DNA from: Candidatus Kerfeldbacteria bacterium
Lineage (GTDB): Bacteria > Patescibacteriota > Patescibacteriia > UBA10025 > JAHIVO01
NCBI GenBank assembly: GCA_016214565.1
Contig: JACROE010000002.1
Coordinates: 37,820-101,819 of the forward strand
Reading direction: 5' to 3'
DNA length: 64,000 bases
The translations under genes were made by a program, and so were the position numbers. The notes beneath the pieces were generated by a model, which saw only the letters and a program-made list of their open reading frames with translations, made no database searches and had not been told where the DNA came from. Each line of letters starts with the position of its first letter. The first letter of the stretch is position 1. Shown piece after piece: positions 10,280 through 18,421 of this stretch.

Positions 10280-10876
10280 TTACTTCCCCTCCCCCTCCAT
10301 TAGTTTATCAATTAAATCGCGTAAGTAGTCAGCCTTCGTCTTCTTGGATCGCTTTGCCTTTTGCTCCAGATATCGTTCCATACGAGGCGTGATGCGAAGC
10401 GTAAATTTAATGGTGGGGCGCTGTTTCAAGCCTTTGCCTGAGGTAACATCATCTATAAAATTCATCAGAACCTGCTCCAACGATTCGCGTGAATACTCCT
10501 CCATACACACGAATTCCGGGGTATTTTTCTTGGTTAAATACCCATGAGAAACTCGATCAGGCGTATTCTTATGAAACAAATAGAGCAACGGCTTTTTCTG
10601 GGAAATCGCGTAGGCCAATAAATACCCAATCTCCTGATCCGGCTGAGATGCCTCAATCACGAAGCAATCCATTTTATCCAGCAAAATTTCCCCCGACTGC
10701 TGCATCGCCTCCAGATCTTCCTTGCGGAAATCGGTATTATTTTCATTTGATGATGAAACGACAAAGACGCCGGCATTGCGGAGAATTTCCGCGATGCGTC
10801 CGTATTGGTCGCTCAGGTTATTATTTGATATGGCTGGCTGGAAAAAGTAAGCTCTCATGTTTTTATAAGTTGTCAC
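10280..10876 (-). CDS. Fusion of a nucleoside 2-deoxyribosyltransferase-like (NDT-fold) domain to a C-terminal ribbon-helix-helix DNA-binding domain
   Basis: 198 aa. The N-terminus shows the NDT pattern RAYFFQP ... DCFVIEASQPDQEIGYLLAYAISQKKPLLYLF (D-x-E-hG-Y-h-h-A-x-x-KP). The C-terminus TIKFTLRITPRMERYLEQKAKRSKKTKADYLRDLIDKLME is CopG/RHH-like. Stop is 2 nt from the next gene start. Confidence 0.5.
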   Translation of the reverse strand: MTTYKNMRAYFFQPAISNNNLSDQYGRIAEILRNAGVFVVSSSNENNTDFRKEDLEAMQQSGEILLDKMDCFVIEASQPDQEIGYLLAYAISQKKPLLYLFHKNTPDRVSHGYLTKKNTPEFVCMEEYSRESLEQVLMNFIDDVTSGKGLKQRPTIKFTLRITPRMERYLEQKAKRSKKTKADYLRDLIDKLMEGEGK

Positions 10877-11317
10877 TCTGAGTTATGTGGCAGGAGATGC
10901 CGAAACAAGTTCGGCATGAGGACTTTTTTATACCCATCATTCGTCCTCCCGCCTCATCCTGAACTCGTTTCAGGATCTCAGACATACCATTCTACTGATA
11001 AATCATTAAAGTGTTGGTTCATAGCTCGTACTAAATTTAACTTCCAGTCACGATGCCAATTCTTCAATTGTTTCTCTCGTGCAAACGCATCGGTTGCCAT
11101 GAAAAATTCTTCATAATATACAAGCTTATTAACATTATATTTCTTTGCGAAGCCTAGAATTTCCTTTGACTTATGCTGTCTTACTCTACCCTCCAGATTC
11201 CTTGTGGTTCCAATATATAAAACTGAGTTGGTCTTATTTGTCATAATATATACGTAATACTGCTTTTCAGTCGGCATAGAGATGCTTCACTCCACTGCGT
11301 TTCGTTCAGAATGACAA
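10871..11317 (-). mobile_element. GIY-YIG gene cassette bounded by imperfect terminal inverted repeats
   Basis: Left end tgtcactctgag at 10871-10882. Right end ttcagaatgaca at 11305-11316, which is the reverse complement tgtcattctgaa, a 10/12 match. The right end extends into the longer family motif cgtttcgttcagaatgacaa. No target-site duplication is evident. Confidence 0.4.
10978..11277 (-). CDS. GIY-YIG nuclease family protein, YhbQ/Slx1-like single domain
   Basis: 99 aa. YYVYIMTN...VLYIGTTRNLEGRVRQH has the GIY-YIG core with Arg and Glu/His. Confidence 0.8.
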   Translation of the reverse strand: MPTEKQYYVYIMTNKTNSVLYIGTTRNLEGRVRQHKSKEILGFAKKYNVNKLVYYEEFFMATDAFAREKQLKNWHRDWKLNLVRAMNQHFNDLSVEWYV

Positions 11318-12310
11318 TTAATATTTCTCCCACATCATTAAGCGGATTTTGCCGAGATCATTCGTCTGGCCAAGCACCCACATGAATTTCACAAACGCAG
11401 TTTCAAAAGTCAAATGATTGACTAAAATATACTCCCGCTTCTTTTTTTTCAGATCCAGGGCAAATGGATTATGCGCCACGACTGGGATACCTTTCTGGTA
11501 CGCCAACGCCAGCACCTTTTCAAACGATTGAGGGAACAAATTCGTATTAAAACTGCGTATCATAATTCCGTGATATTTTTTCTCAACCAGTGATTCCAAT
11601 TGGCTTGCCTGCACCCCGGGGACAAGTTGGAAAAGGCAGACCTGATCATCAACTGCATCAGTCAGCCGCGGTGTTTGGCGTGATCGCGGTCGGACCTGAT
11701 TAAATAATTTAATGCCAAAATCAACTTTACCCAACATGCCGTGCTCTGAACTAGCATCAAAGAAATTAAACGACGCCGAGTCGCTCTTCACTGTCTCGAC
11801 GGCTTTGATAAGGCGGTTGCCAAACATGATCGCCACCTCGGCAATGTTCATGGTAGCCACTTGCGCAGCATTGATGAGATTTGCCTTAACGCCTAAGGTT
11901 TTGTAGCTCGACATCATGCCGGCCAAATCGTGATCCGCGCTTTCCGCATCCTGCGCTAATGGTGAGCCAGTAAAAATGATGGGCTTCGGCAATTGAGCCA
12001 GCATGAATGATTGCATGGCAGCAGTGTAAATGATGGTATCAATGCCATGCGTCACCACGAATCCGTCATACTGGTCAATCCGCTTATATATTTCTCGCGC
12101 CAAACGCTGCCACAGGCCGGGCTCAATCTCTGATGCATCGCCGCCATACACAAAAACCGGATCAATATTTGCAATCAATCCTAATTCCGGCATGGCTGCC
12201 AGCCATTTCTTCATATCGCCCTCCTGCTGCACGGTCAATATACCGTCATCGGTGATGATTGACGATCCTCCGCAGAAAAGCAGGCATATATTGTGATTCT
12301 TTGATGGCAT
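11318..12310 (-). CDS. ansA: L-asparaginase, type I family
   Basis: 330 aa. The N-terminal LLFCGGSSI, a THGIDT motif (the hGTDT counterpart) and an overall asparaginase/glutaminase pattern. Confidence 0.75.
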   Translation of the reverse strand: MPSKNHNICLLFCGGSSIITDDGILTVQQEGDMKKWLAAMPELGLIANIDPVFVYGGDASEIEPGLWQRLAREIYKRIDQYDGFVVTHGIDTIIYTAAMQSFMLAQLPKPIIFTGSPLAQDAESADHDLAGMMSSYKTLGVKANLINAAQVATMNIAEVAIMFGNRLIKAVETVKSDSASFNFFDASSEHGMLGKVDFGIKLFNQVRPRSRQTPRLTDAVDDQVCLFQLVPGVQASQLESLVEKKYHGIMIRSFNTNLFPQSFEKVLALAYQKGIPVVAHNPFALDLKKKKREYILVNHLTFETAFVKFMWVLGQTNDLGKIRLMMWEKY

Positions 12311-12599
12311 ATAATTAATTCTCTTTATGCCATATCTAAGTCTAATTGATTATATGCGCCGTCGCAATTATTAGAGCCGTCGGTATGTATAAACCCTAAT
12401 ACTATCCTCAATTTCCGTAAAGAGTATAGGCTGTGGATAACTCTCTTTGCATTACCCACTAAATCCATATATTATGTGAACTCCCCCTTGAAATCGACCT
12501 TTTGTCCCAATATTCCCACCTATCAGCCCAGTACCGCGGAATTCTTCCTCCCCCTCCGCATCGGAAAAGCTGGTAGGTGGTTTTTCTTTTTTGCAAACT

Positions 12600-12628
12600 A
12601 TTGATATATCAATTGCCAGTGCTATACT
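12600..12628 (+). promoter_or_regulatory. Strong orphan sigma70-type promoter (TTGATA, 16 nt, TATACT) overlapping a 14-bp perfect palindrome ATTGATATATCAAT
   Basis: The -35 is at 12601-12606, the -10 at 12623-12628, and the palindrome at 12600-12613. There is no plus-strand ORF downstream. It points antisense into the 645-aa gene. Confidence 0.45.
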
Positions 12629-12674
12629 AGGGCTGAAACGACCACCGACCCACGTTGGTCGTTTCGCTTATATT

Positions 12675-12717
12675 TACCAAAAAGAAACCCCTGGCAGTAT
12701 AGACTGTCAGGGGCAAA
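12675..12717 (-). terminator. Rho-independent terminator of the 645-aa gene
   Basis: Hairpin cccctgacagtctatactgccagggg on the minus strand, followed by TTTCTTTTT. A second 10-bp stem (gaaacgacca / tggtcgtttc) sits at 12640-12670. Confidence 0.6.
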
Positions 12718-12738
12718 AAAGAATTGAAAGACGAACAG

Positions 12739-14676
12739 TTATTGAGTCCGAATCTTGACTTGATGCATGAACGAGACAACCCGCTCAATGATCGGACGAC
12801 CGATCTCATCAGCCTCTTTGGCGCGCGTATTGAAGCTATACCCTTCTTTGGTTCGGGTTCGCTTGTAGAGCAGGATCACTTGATGGTCAAGTAACCATTC
12901 AAACGCCACCTGAAAGGATTCATCACTGTATGCCTCGATTTTATTGCGAACGTCCCGCCGAATATTTTCCAAATGTGTATAGGCGTGTTTTACATACGGA
13001 ATACCGCCGGTCGGGTTAATAAAGGCAAGGATAATCCAGATCACATGAGAACGATCGACTGAGGATGGCAGGAGACCATTGAAATCAATGAGTGAATCTA
13101 GTTCACCTACTGAATGAATGACTGATGCATCCGCTACGTGATTGACACTTGATACAGCTGGGTGTTCAGTGTTCACAAGCGTGCAATCATCTGACCGAGT
13201 GCTAATACAGGCTTGTGCCTGCATTAGATAATAGCGTCGTTTTGCTGGTCGACCACGAGCCGCTTCTGCATCTCGAAGATAATTCAAAAATGCATAACGT
13301 ACTTCAGGTGCGAGGTCATCTAGATTGATTGCCAAAATATTGCGTTCGAGTTCGATATCACTACGTTCCTGCTCAGCACGCTGCGCAGCTTCATTTACCG
13401 CTTCCTGGTGTAGACGAAATAATCGCTGCGCTTCTCGGAAAAAAGCTTGACGATTAGTCAGCGATAAATCGCCTCGCTCAGCTTGGACCAGTACATCGAT
13501 TATATTCCCAGGAACATCAGCATCAAAAAAGGTATCCAGCTGTTTACGAAACAACAAGACCTCCTGCGCATATTCCTCCTCCATTTGGGCATAGAGCTGT
13601 GCTTCCTGCGCTTGTCGCTTTTTTGAGGCAATCTCCCCATCCAGTATCAGACGATACCAGTTGAAAAAATTATGAACATCACGCTGTCTAAAGAAACGCC
13701 GCAATGCTGTGGCCGGATGAGTTAAATCCAAACCGTACTGTGGAATACCGCACAAATAAATCTGATGCGCCTGAATGTACTCTTGTCTAAAATCGCTCCA
13801 GGCTGCTTGGTGGCGCTTGATCCACCACCAACACAAAAGTGAAAACGTGGCAGTCAGAATACCTATGATGCGATTGCTCCATGGTACTTGTCTATGATCC
13901 AGAACATACTCAGTGACAATATCCATACTTTGATTCGCCCGTGCTTTGAGTGTGTCAGCTGTCGCACGCGATGCATCATCGAGCACGCCACCGGAATACA
14001 AAGTCACGACTGAATCAATGAATGCACCAATGGCAACACGATTACCACGATCGCTGGTTTGAATCACGTATGGGACCGATTGAAACGCCACCGTCGGAAG
14101 ACGACGCAGACAATCAACCTGAAATTGTATCTCTTGGCCTGTATCCACGACCGGGGTCATATCCGGTAACCGACCAATCATACGATAGACTGGATCAGCT
14201 GCGACAAAACAGGAATCGGGAAGGTTGAACAGAACGATACTATTACGATCCACATACCAGATATACTGAATACGGCCAATGTCATCGACATCGGCAAAAT
14301 CTTCAATAGAAGCTGGCTGGACCGCAGTAAGCCCCCGGGCGATACTGTCGAGCGACTGAAAATTGCCGTTGATCTGGTTAAATGACGAATCATCCATCCA
14401 CAGATACCCACTTGGTATTTGTACATACATACTACCCAAGGCGTGTATTCCATGTATAAATGCAAAATGTGGATCATCACCTGGCAATGGCGGGAAGGCT
14501 TCCTGCCATACTCCTGGCAGCACCGTCCCGAAGCTGATGAGACCGACGATCAGCAACCCAAAGACAATCCACCATGACCGGAAACGACAATTCAGACACT
14601 GGCAAGAAGTGTGATTGTGAACTCCTTGTTTTTTTCTCACAATTTCCTCCGTTTCTATGGCTGTGAGGTTTTTCAA
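12739..14676 (-). CDS. Hypothetical two-TM membrane protein with an extracytoplasmic domain and a cytoplasmic coiled-coil plus C-terminal domain
   Basis: 645 aa. TM1 is near aa 34-56 and TM2 near 275-292 (IIGILTATFSLLCWWWI). An E/Q/R-rich coiled-coil segment follows. No recognisable catalytic motif. Confidence 0.45.
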   Translation of the reverse strand: MKNLTAIETEEIVRKKQGVHNHTSCQCLNCRFRSWWIVFGLLIVGLISFGTVLPGVWQEAFPPLPGDDPHFAFIHGIHALGSMYVQIPSGYLWMDDSSFNQINGNFQSLDSIARGLTAVQPASIEDFADVDDIGRIQYIWYVDRNSIVLFNLPDSCFVAADPVYRMIGRLPDMTPVVDTGQEIQFQVDCLRRLPTVAFQSVPYVIQTSDRGNRVAIGAFIDSVVTLYSGGVLDDASRATADTLKARANQSMDIVTEYVLDHRQVPWSNRIIGILTATFSLLCWWWIKRHQAAWSDFRQEYIQAHQIYLCGIPQYGLDLTHPATALRRFFRQRDVHNFFNWYRLILDGEIASKKRQAQEAQLYAQMEEEYAQEVLLFRKQLDTFFDADVPGNIIDVLVQAERGDLSLTNRQAFFREAQRLFRLHQEAVNEAAQRAEQERSDIELERNILAINLDDLAPEVRYAFLNYLRDAEAARGRPAKRRYYLMQAQACISTRSDDCTLVNTEHPAVSSVNHVADASVIHSVGELDSLIDFNGLLPSSVDRSHVIWIILAFINPTGGIPYVKHAYTHLENIRRDVRNKIEAYSDESFQVAFEWLLDHQVILLYKRTRTKEGYSFNTRAKEADEIGRPIIERVVSFMHQVKIRTQ

Positions 14677-14783
14677 AGATCTGCAACTGTTTAACTAGAT
14701 ATATTCTATCAGGGAATGGTGAGGGTACCAAAAATCAGCCACCACCGTCAATGGCGGGAAGGACAACCACGATGCCTCCGTAC

Positions 14784-16073
14784 TTACCTCCACTCAGCGC
14801 TCTGTCTGACCAAGAGCTCCCCTGCCTGAGTCGGCTCGGCCATCAATTCCTTAGTTACCCGCTCCATGCGAGCTCCCTGCGATCCTTTAATAAGGATAAT
14901 GTCTCCGGTTTTAATTTTTTCTTGGACAAATTTACCAGCCGCCTCAGTATCAGAAAAACGAACCACGCGATCAACGGGCATACCAGCAGCTTCAGCGCCA
15001 TCGGCGATCCATTTTGCCCGTTCACCGACGGTAACCAAATAATCAGCGGCACCCATGACATGTTGACCCACATCTTCATGTCCCTCCTGGGTATACTGCC
15101 CCAGCTCAAGCATGTCCCCCATCACCACATATTTCTTCCCTGAAACTTTAACCTCTTTCAAAAGTTGTAACGCCGCATTTGCCGCCAATGGCGAGGAATT
15201 ATAGGTATCGTCAATCAATGACGTATGTTTAATGCCGGGGATGAGACGCATCCGACCCGCGGGAGACTGATACTCGCGCAACGCAGCTGAAATGTCCGCC
15301 AGGTTCATGCCAAAAGCGATGCCGACCGCTGCAGCCGCTAGACCAGCATACACTTGATGCTGACCTAAGACCGAGGGAAGAAAAACGGGGACATTGGCAC
15401 CCTTGTATTGTAATTTAAAACTTAATCCCTTTATCTGGACGTCCACCCAGGGATCATCCGATGGACCTGAGGAAATGCGCACGTCGCTGGCGCGTACCGT
15501 GGCACTGTCAGAAAAACCAAAAGAAATGATTTCCGCCCGGACCTTATCCTGACAACTCATGACTAATGAATCATCCGCGTTCATCACTGCAAAATTATCC
15601 TTCTTCAGATGTGTAACAATAATGGATTTTTCCCGCGCGACCTTTTCCACACTGCTAAATAATTCGAGATGTGCCGGACCAACTGCCGTGATCACGCCGA
15701 CGGTACAGGGCGCCAGCTCAGTCAGCGCCTGAATGTCGCCGGGCCGATCCGCGCCCATTTCTAATACCAGATATTCCGGATATGAGGTATCGCGCACCAG
15801 AATCAACCAAAGTGCCTTGAAAAAAACACCGAGCCAGGCAAACGGATTTGAATTTCCGGAAGCCGCTCCTATGATCGACAACGGCGTACCAAATTCATTA
15901 TTGTAGTTCTTGTAATTTTTTCGGGTGCGGTATTTCGTGCGCAGTACCGTATAAATTGCCTCAACGGTAGACGTCTTACCCACGCTTCCCGTCACGCCAA
16001 TAACGTGTGGCTGATATTTTCTTAATATCATCCGTGCCAGCATTTGTAATTTCCAGATAATGAGTTTCTTCAT
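14784..16073 (-). CDS. murF: Mur ligase family protein, MurF-like UDP-MurNAc-tripeptide--D-Ala-D-Ala ligase lacking the usual N-terminal domain
   Basis: 429 aa. P-loop VIGVTGSVGKTST at aa 24-36, whereas MurF normally has it near aa 105. Central and C-terminal Mur ligase domains are present (DDTYNSSP, GDMLELG). Confidence 0.7.
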   Translation of the reverse strand: MKKLIIWKLQMLARMILRKYQPHVIGVTGSVGKTSTVEAIYTVLRTKYRTRKNYKNYNNEFGTPLSIIGAASGNSNPFAWLGVFFKALWLILVRDTSYPEYLVLEMGADRPGDIQALTELAPCTVGVITAVGPAHLELFSSVEKVAREKSIIVTHLKKDNFAVMNADDSLVMSCQDKVRAEIISFGFSDSATVRASDVRISSGPSDDPWVDVQIKGLSFKLQYKGANVPVFLPSVLGQHQVYAGLAAAAVGIAFGMNLADISAALREYQSPAGRMRLIPGIKHTSLIDDTYNSSPLAANAALQLLKEVKVSGKKYVVMGDMLELGQYTQEGHEDVGQHVMGAADYLVTVGERAKWIADGAEAAGMPVDRVVRFSDTEAAGKFVQEKIKTGDIILIKGSQGARMERVTKELMAEPTQAGELLVRQSAEWR

Positions 16074-16085
16074 ATTGTTTTTGCT

Positions 16086-16220
16086 GTCACTCTGAGCGAA
16101 CGCGAAGAGTCTCTATGACATTAATTAAACGATACATTAACAGTATACCACTCCACATGGTCAATCGTCATTGAGATTCTTCGGTCGTCGAGCTGAGCTC
16201 GACTTCCCTCAGAATGACAA
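16086..16220. mobile_element. ORF-less 135-bp miniature element made of two inverted copies of the 28-nt repeat motif
   Basis: The forward copy gtcactctgagcgaacgcgaagagtctc is at 16086-16113. The reverse copy gagattcttcg[gtcgtcgagctgagctcgacttcc]ctcagaatgacaa is at 16173-16220 and carries a 24-nt internal palindromic insertion. It sits in the murF-ftsI intergenic space. Confidence 0.4.
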
Positions 16221-16229
16221 GTGAGGTGA

Positions 16230-17999
16230 TCACTCAACCGTCTCTTCCGGCGGCACATTATAATAATTCAACATAAATTGAGCGAGATCGCCGAAGAGCG
16301 GCGCAGCGGTGGACTCGGCAAATCGCACGTCGCGCGGCTTGTCCAGCTTGACGCACATAGCAAAGATTGGGTTATCGGCTGGCGCAAACCCACAAAATGT
16401 TCCAATAGTAAAATCTGGATCATAACCTGGGCCATCCGTGCGAGGAATTTGTGCTGTGCCAGTTTTACCTGCGACGAAATACCCCGGCACGCCCGCGCGC
16501 TGGCCGTGGCCATTTTGCACTACCTTTACCAGCATGGCCCCCAGCGTCGTGGCGGTTTGAGGCTTCAATACCTGACGGATTTCTTTTGGCTCTGTTTTAA
16601 TGCTGACCTCATCAGATTTCACTACTTCATCAACAATATATGGCTGCATCAGTTTGCCACCATTGGCGATGGCACTATAGGCGGCCACCATTTGCAGTGG
16701 AGTGACAGATAAGCCCTGCCCAAATGAGGCAGTCGCATTGTAAATCTCCTGATGCTTTTCCACAGATGAAATATCACCCTGGGCTTCTGAATTCAATTCA
16801 AGATTATATTTTTCACCAAATCCAAATTTCTTCACATATTCCTCCATGGTTTCTGGTTGTAGCTGACGTGAAACAAAAATCATTCCGGTATTTAATGACT
16901 GCTCCAATACTTGCGTCATCGTATTCGTACCATGCGCTTCACCGTCAGAATTTTTAATAGTGTACGGCCCGATTTTTTCTGAGCCGGTATCAACATAGGT
17001 GGTGGTTGGCGTCACCGCTCCGGTATCAAGAGCCGCGCCCATGATAATCGGTTTAAACACCGAGCCTGGTTCATAAATATAGAATGTAGCCGGATTAAGA
17101 TATGTGTTAATATCCTCCACCTTATTATATTCATTCGGATCAAAATCCGGCGCGCCGCACATCGCGAGTATGGCGCCCGTATGAGGATTCATGATGGTGA
17201 CGCTACCTCCGTCCGCCCCATGCTTGGCTACCGCTTCATCCAACCGTTTACAAGTCTCGTATTGGATTGTTCGATCAATGGTTAAAATAAGGTCTGAACC
17301 GTCATCAGCCTCCTCAAGCAATTTTGTACCAAACGTTATCCAGCGACCTTGCGCGTCTTTTTCTGCCTGGAGAAACCCCGCCGTACCAGCGAGTTCTTCA
17401 TCCCAGTATCCCTCCAGGCCGTATTGTCCTTTTTTTTGATCAGTGGTAAATCCAAGGAATCCCAGCAGGTGCGAGCCTATATTTTTTTCTGGATAATACC
17501 GGTAATACTCTTCCTGAAACTGAATGCCCGTCAGATTCATTGCCTTAATTGTATTCATAGTCGCCTCGTCAACTTGGCGCTTGATTGGCTCATATAAATC
17601 ATTTTCTCGTTTCAAACGCTCGAGAATTTGAACTTTTTCCTCATCGTCAAATTGAATCACTGAGGCCAGTTTGTCATACGTGCCTTGCGGATCCTCAATG
17701 CGCATTGGCTCAGCATATACCAAAAAGAATGATTTATTGGTCGCCAGGGGGTACTTCGTATCAGGATCATCCTTGTCTCGTACAAAAATTTCTCCGCGGC
17801 GCGGCGACAGCTGTTCATACAAATTATGCTGATCCGCCGCCAAGGCCTCATAAAATGAATGTTGAAATATTTGAATATCAGCCAATCTAACGGTAATAAT
17901 TGCTCCGATGAAAAAAATCGCCCCGGTCAAATAATCGAGTCGTTCATAACGCCGCGTGGTTCTGGTATTCTGTTGTGCGTGCGGTGATCGTCGTCGCAT
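16230..17999 (-). CDS. ftsI: Peptidoglycan D,D-transpeptidase, penicillin-binding protein 2/3 class
   Basis: 589 aa. N-terminal TM segment, SVFKP (SxxK), SNT-like and KTGTA motifs, and a PBP dimerisation domain. Confidence 0.9.
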   Translation of the reverse strand: MRRRSPHAQQNTRTTRRYERLDYLTGAIFFIGAIITVRLADIQIFQHSFYEALAADQHNLYEQLSPRRGEIFVRDKDDPDTKYPLATNKSFFLVYAEPMRIEDPQGTYDKLASVIQFDDEEKVQILERLKRENDLYEPIKRQVDEATMNTIKAMNLTGIQFQEEYYRYYPEKNIGSHLLGFLGFTTDQKKGQYGLEGYWDEELAGTAGFLQAEKDAQGRWITFGTKLLEEADDGSDLILTIDRTIQYETCKRLDEAVAKHGADGGSVTIMNPHTGAILAMCGAPDFDPNEYNKVEDINTYLNPATFYIYEPGSVFKPIIMGAALDTGAVTPTTTYVDTGSEKIGPYTIKNSDGEAHGTNTMTQVLEQSLNTGMIFVSRQLQPETMEEYVKKFGFGEKYNLELNSEAQGDISSVEKHQEIYNATASFGQGLSVTPLQMVAAYSAIANGGKLMQPYIVDEVVKSDEVSIKTEPKEIRQVLKPQTATTLGAMLVKVVQNGHGQRAGVPGYFVAGKTGTAQIPRTDGPGYDPDFTIGTFCGFAPADNPIFAMCVKLDKPRDVRFAESTAAPLFGDLAQFMLNYYNVPPEETVE

Positions 18000-18056
18000 A
18001 AGCTTACTCCCCCTTCTCTATTCTATACTACTACATCAGCTGTATCACGCTCGCTT

Positions 18057-18413
18057 TTAGCGCTGGGCCACCGTAGTCCCCACCGCCGGGAGGTACTCGA
18101 TTGAAGAGGTGGATACCAATTGAAGGTCGGCGCTCGCTGTTTCAATGGTGGACAATGACTGCAATTCAGCCACGCGCAACTCCAGTGAAGAATTTTCTTT
18201 TTGTAAATCGGTAATACGGTTCTCAATTCCTTTAATATCAAATCCGCCCGTAGCCGTCTGGTTCATATAAAATAAATAGGCAAGGCTGGCGAAAACGATG
18301 ACCCCGAGCAAGAGCACCTGCACGGATAGCCGCGGCATGACAGCCACGCGAACCGGCTGGTCAGACCATCGATTAGATTGCTTTTGATATTGCTGGCGTG
18401 AAAATTTTGTCAT
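18057..18413 (-). CDS. ftsL: FtsL-like cell division protein: single TM segment plus coiled coil
   Basis: 118 aa. Sits between rsmH and ftsI. TM segment LSVQVLLLGVIVFASLAYLFY followed by a leucine-rich heptad region (ITDLQKENSSLELRVAELQSL). Confidence 0.5.
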   Translation of the reverse strand: MTKFSRQQYQKQSNRWSDQPVRVAVMPRLSVQVLLLGVIVFASLAYLFYMNQTATGGFDIKGIENRITDLQKENSSLELRVAELQSLSTIETASADLQLVSTSSIEYLPAVGTTVAQR

Positions 18414-18421
18414 TGTCTTTG

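Noticed and set aside
10897-10916. The perfect 8-bp hairpin atgccgaa caag ttcggcat as a terminator.
   Set aside because: No U-tract follows it on either strand. It lies inside the GIY-YIG cassette boundary and is more likely part of the element terminus.
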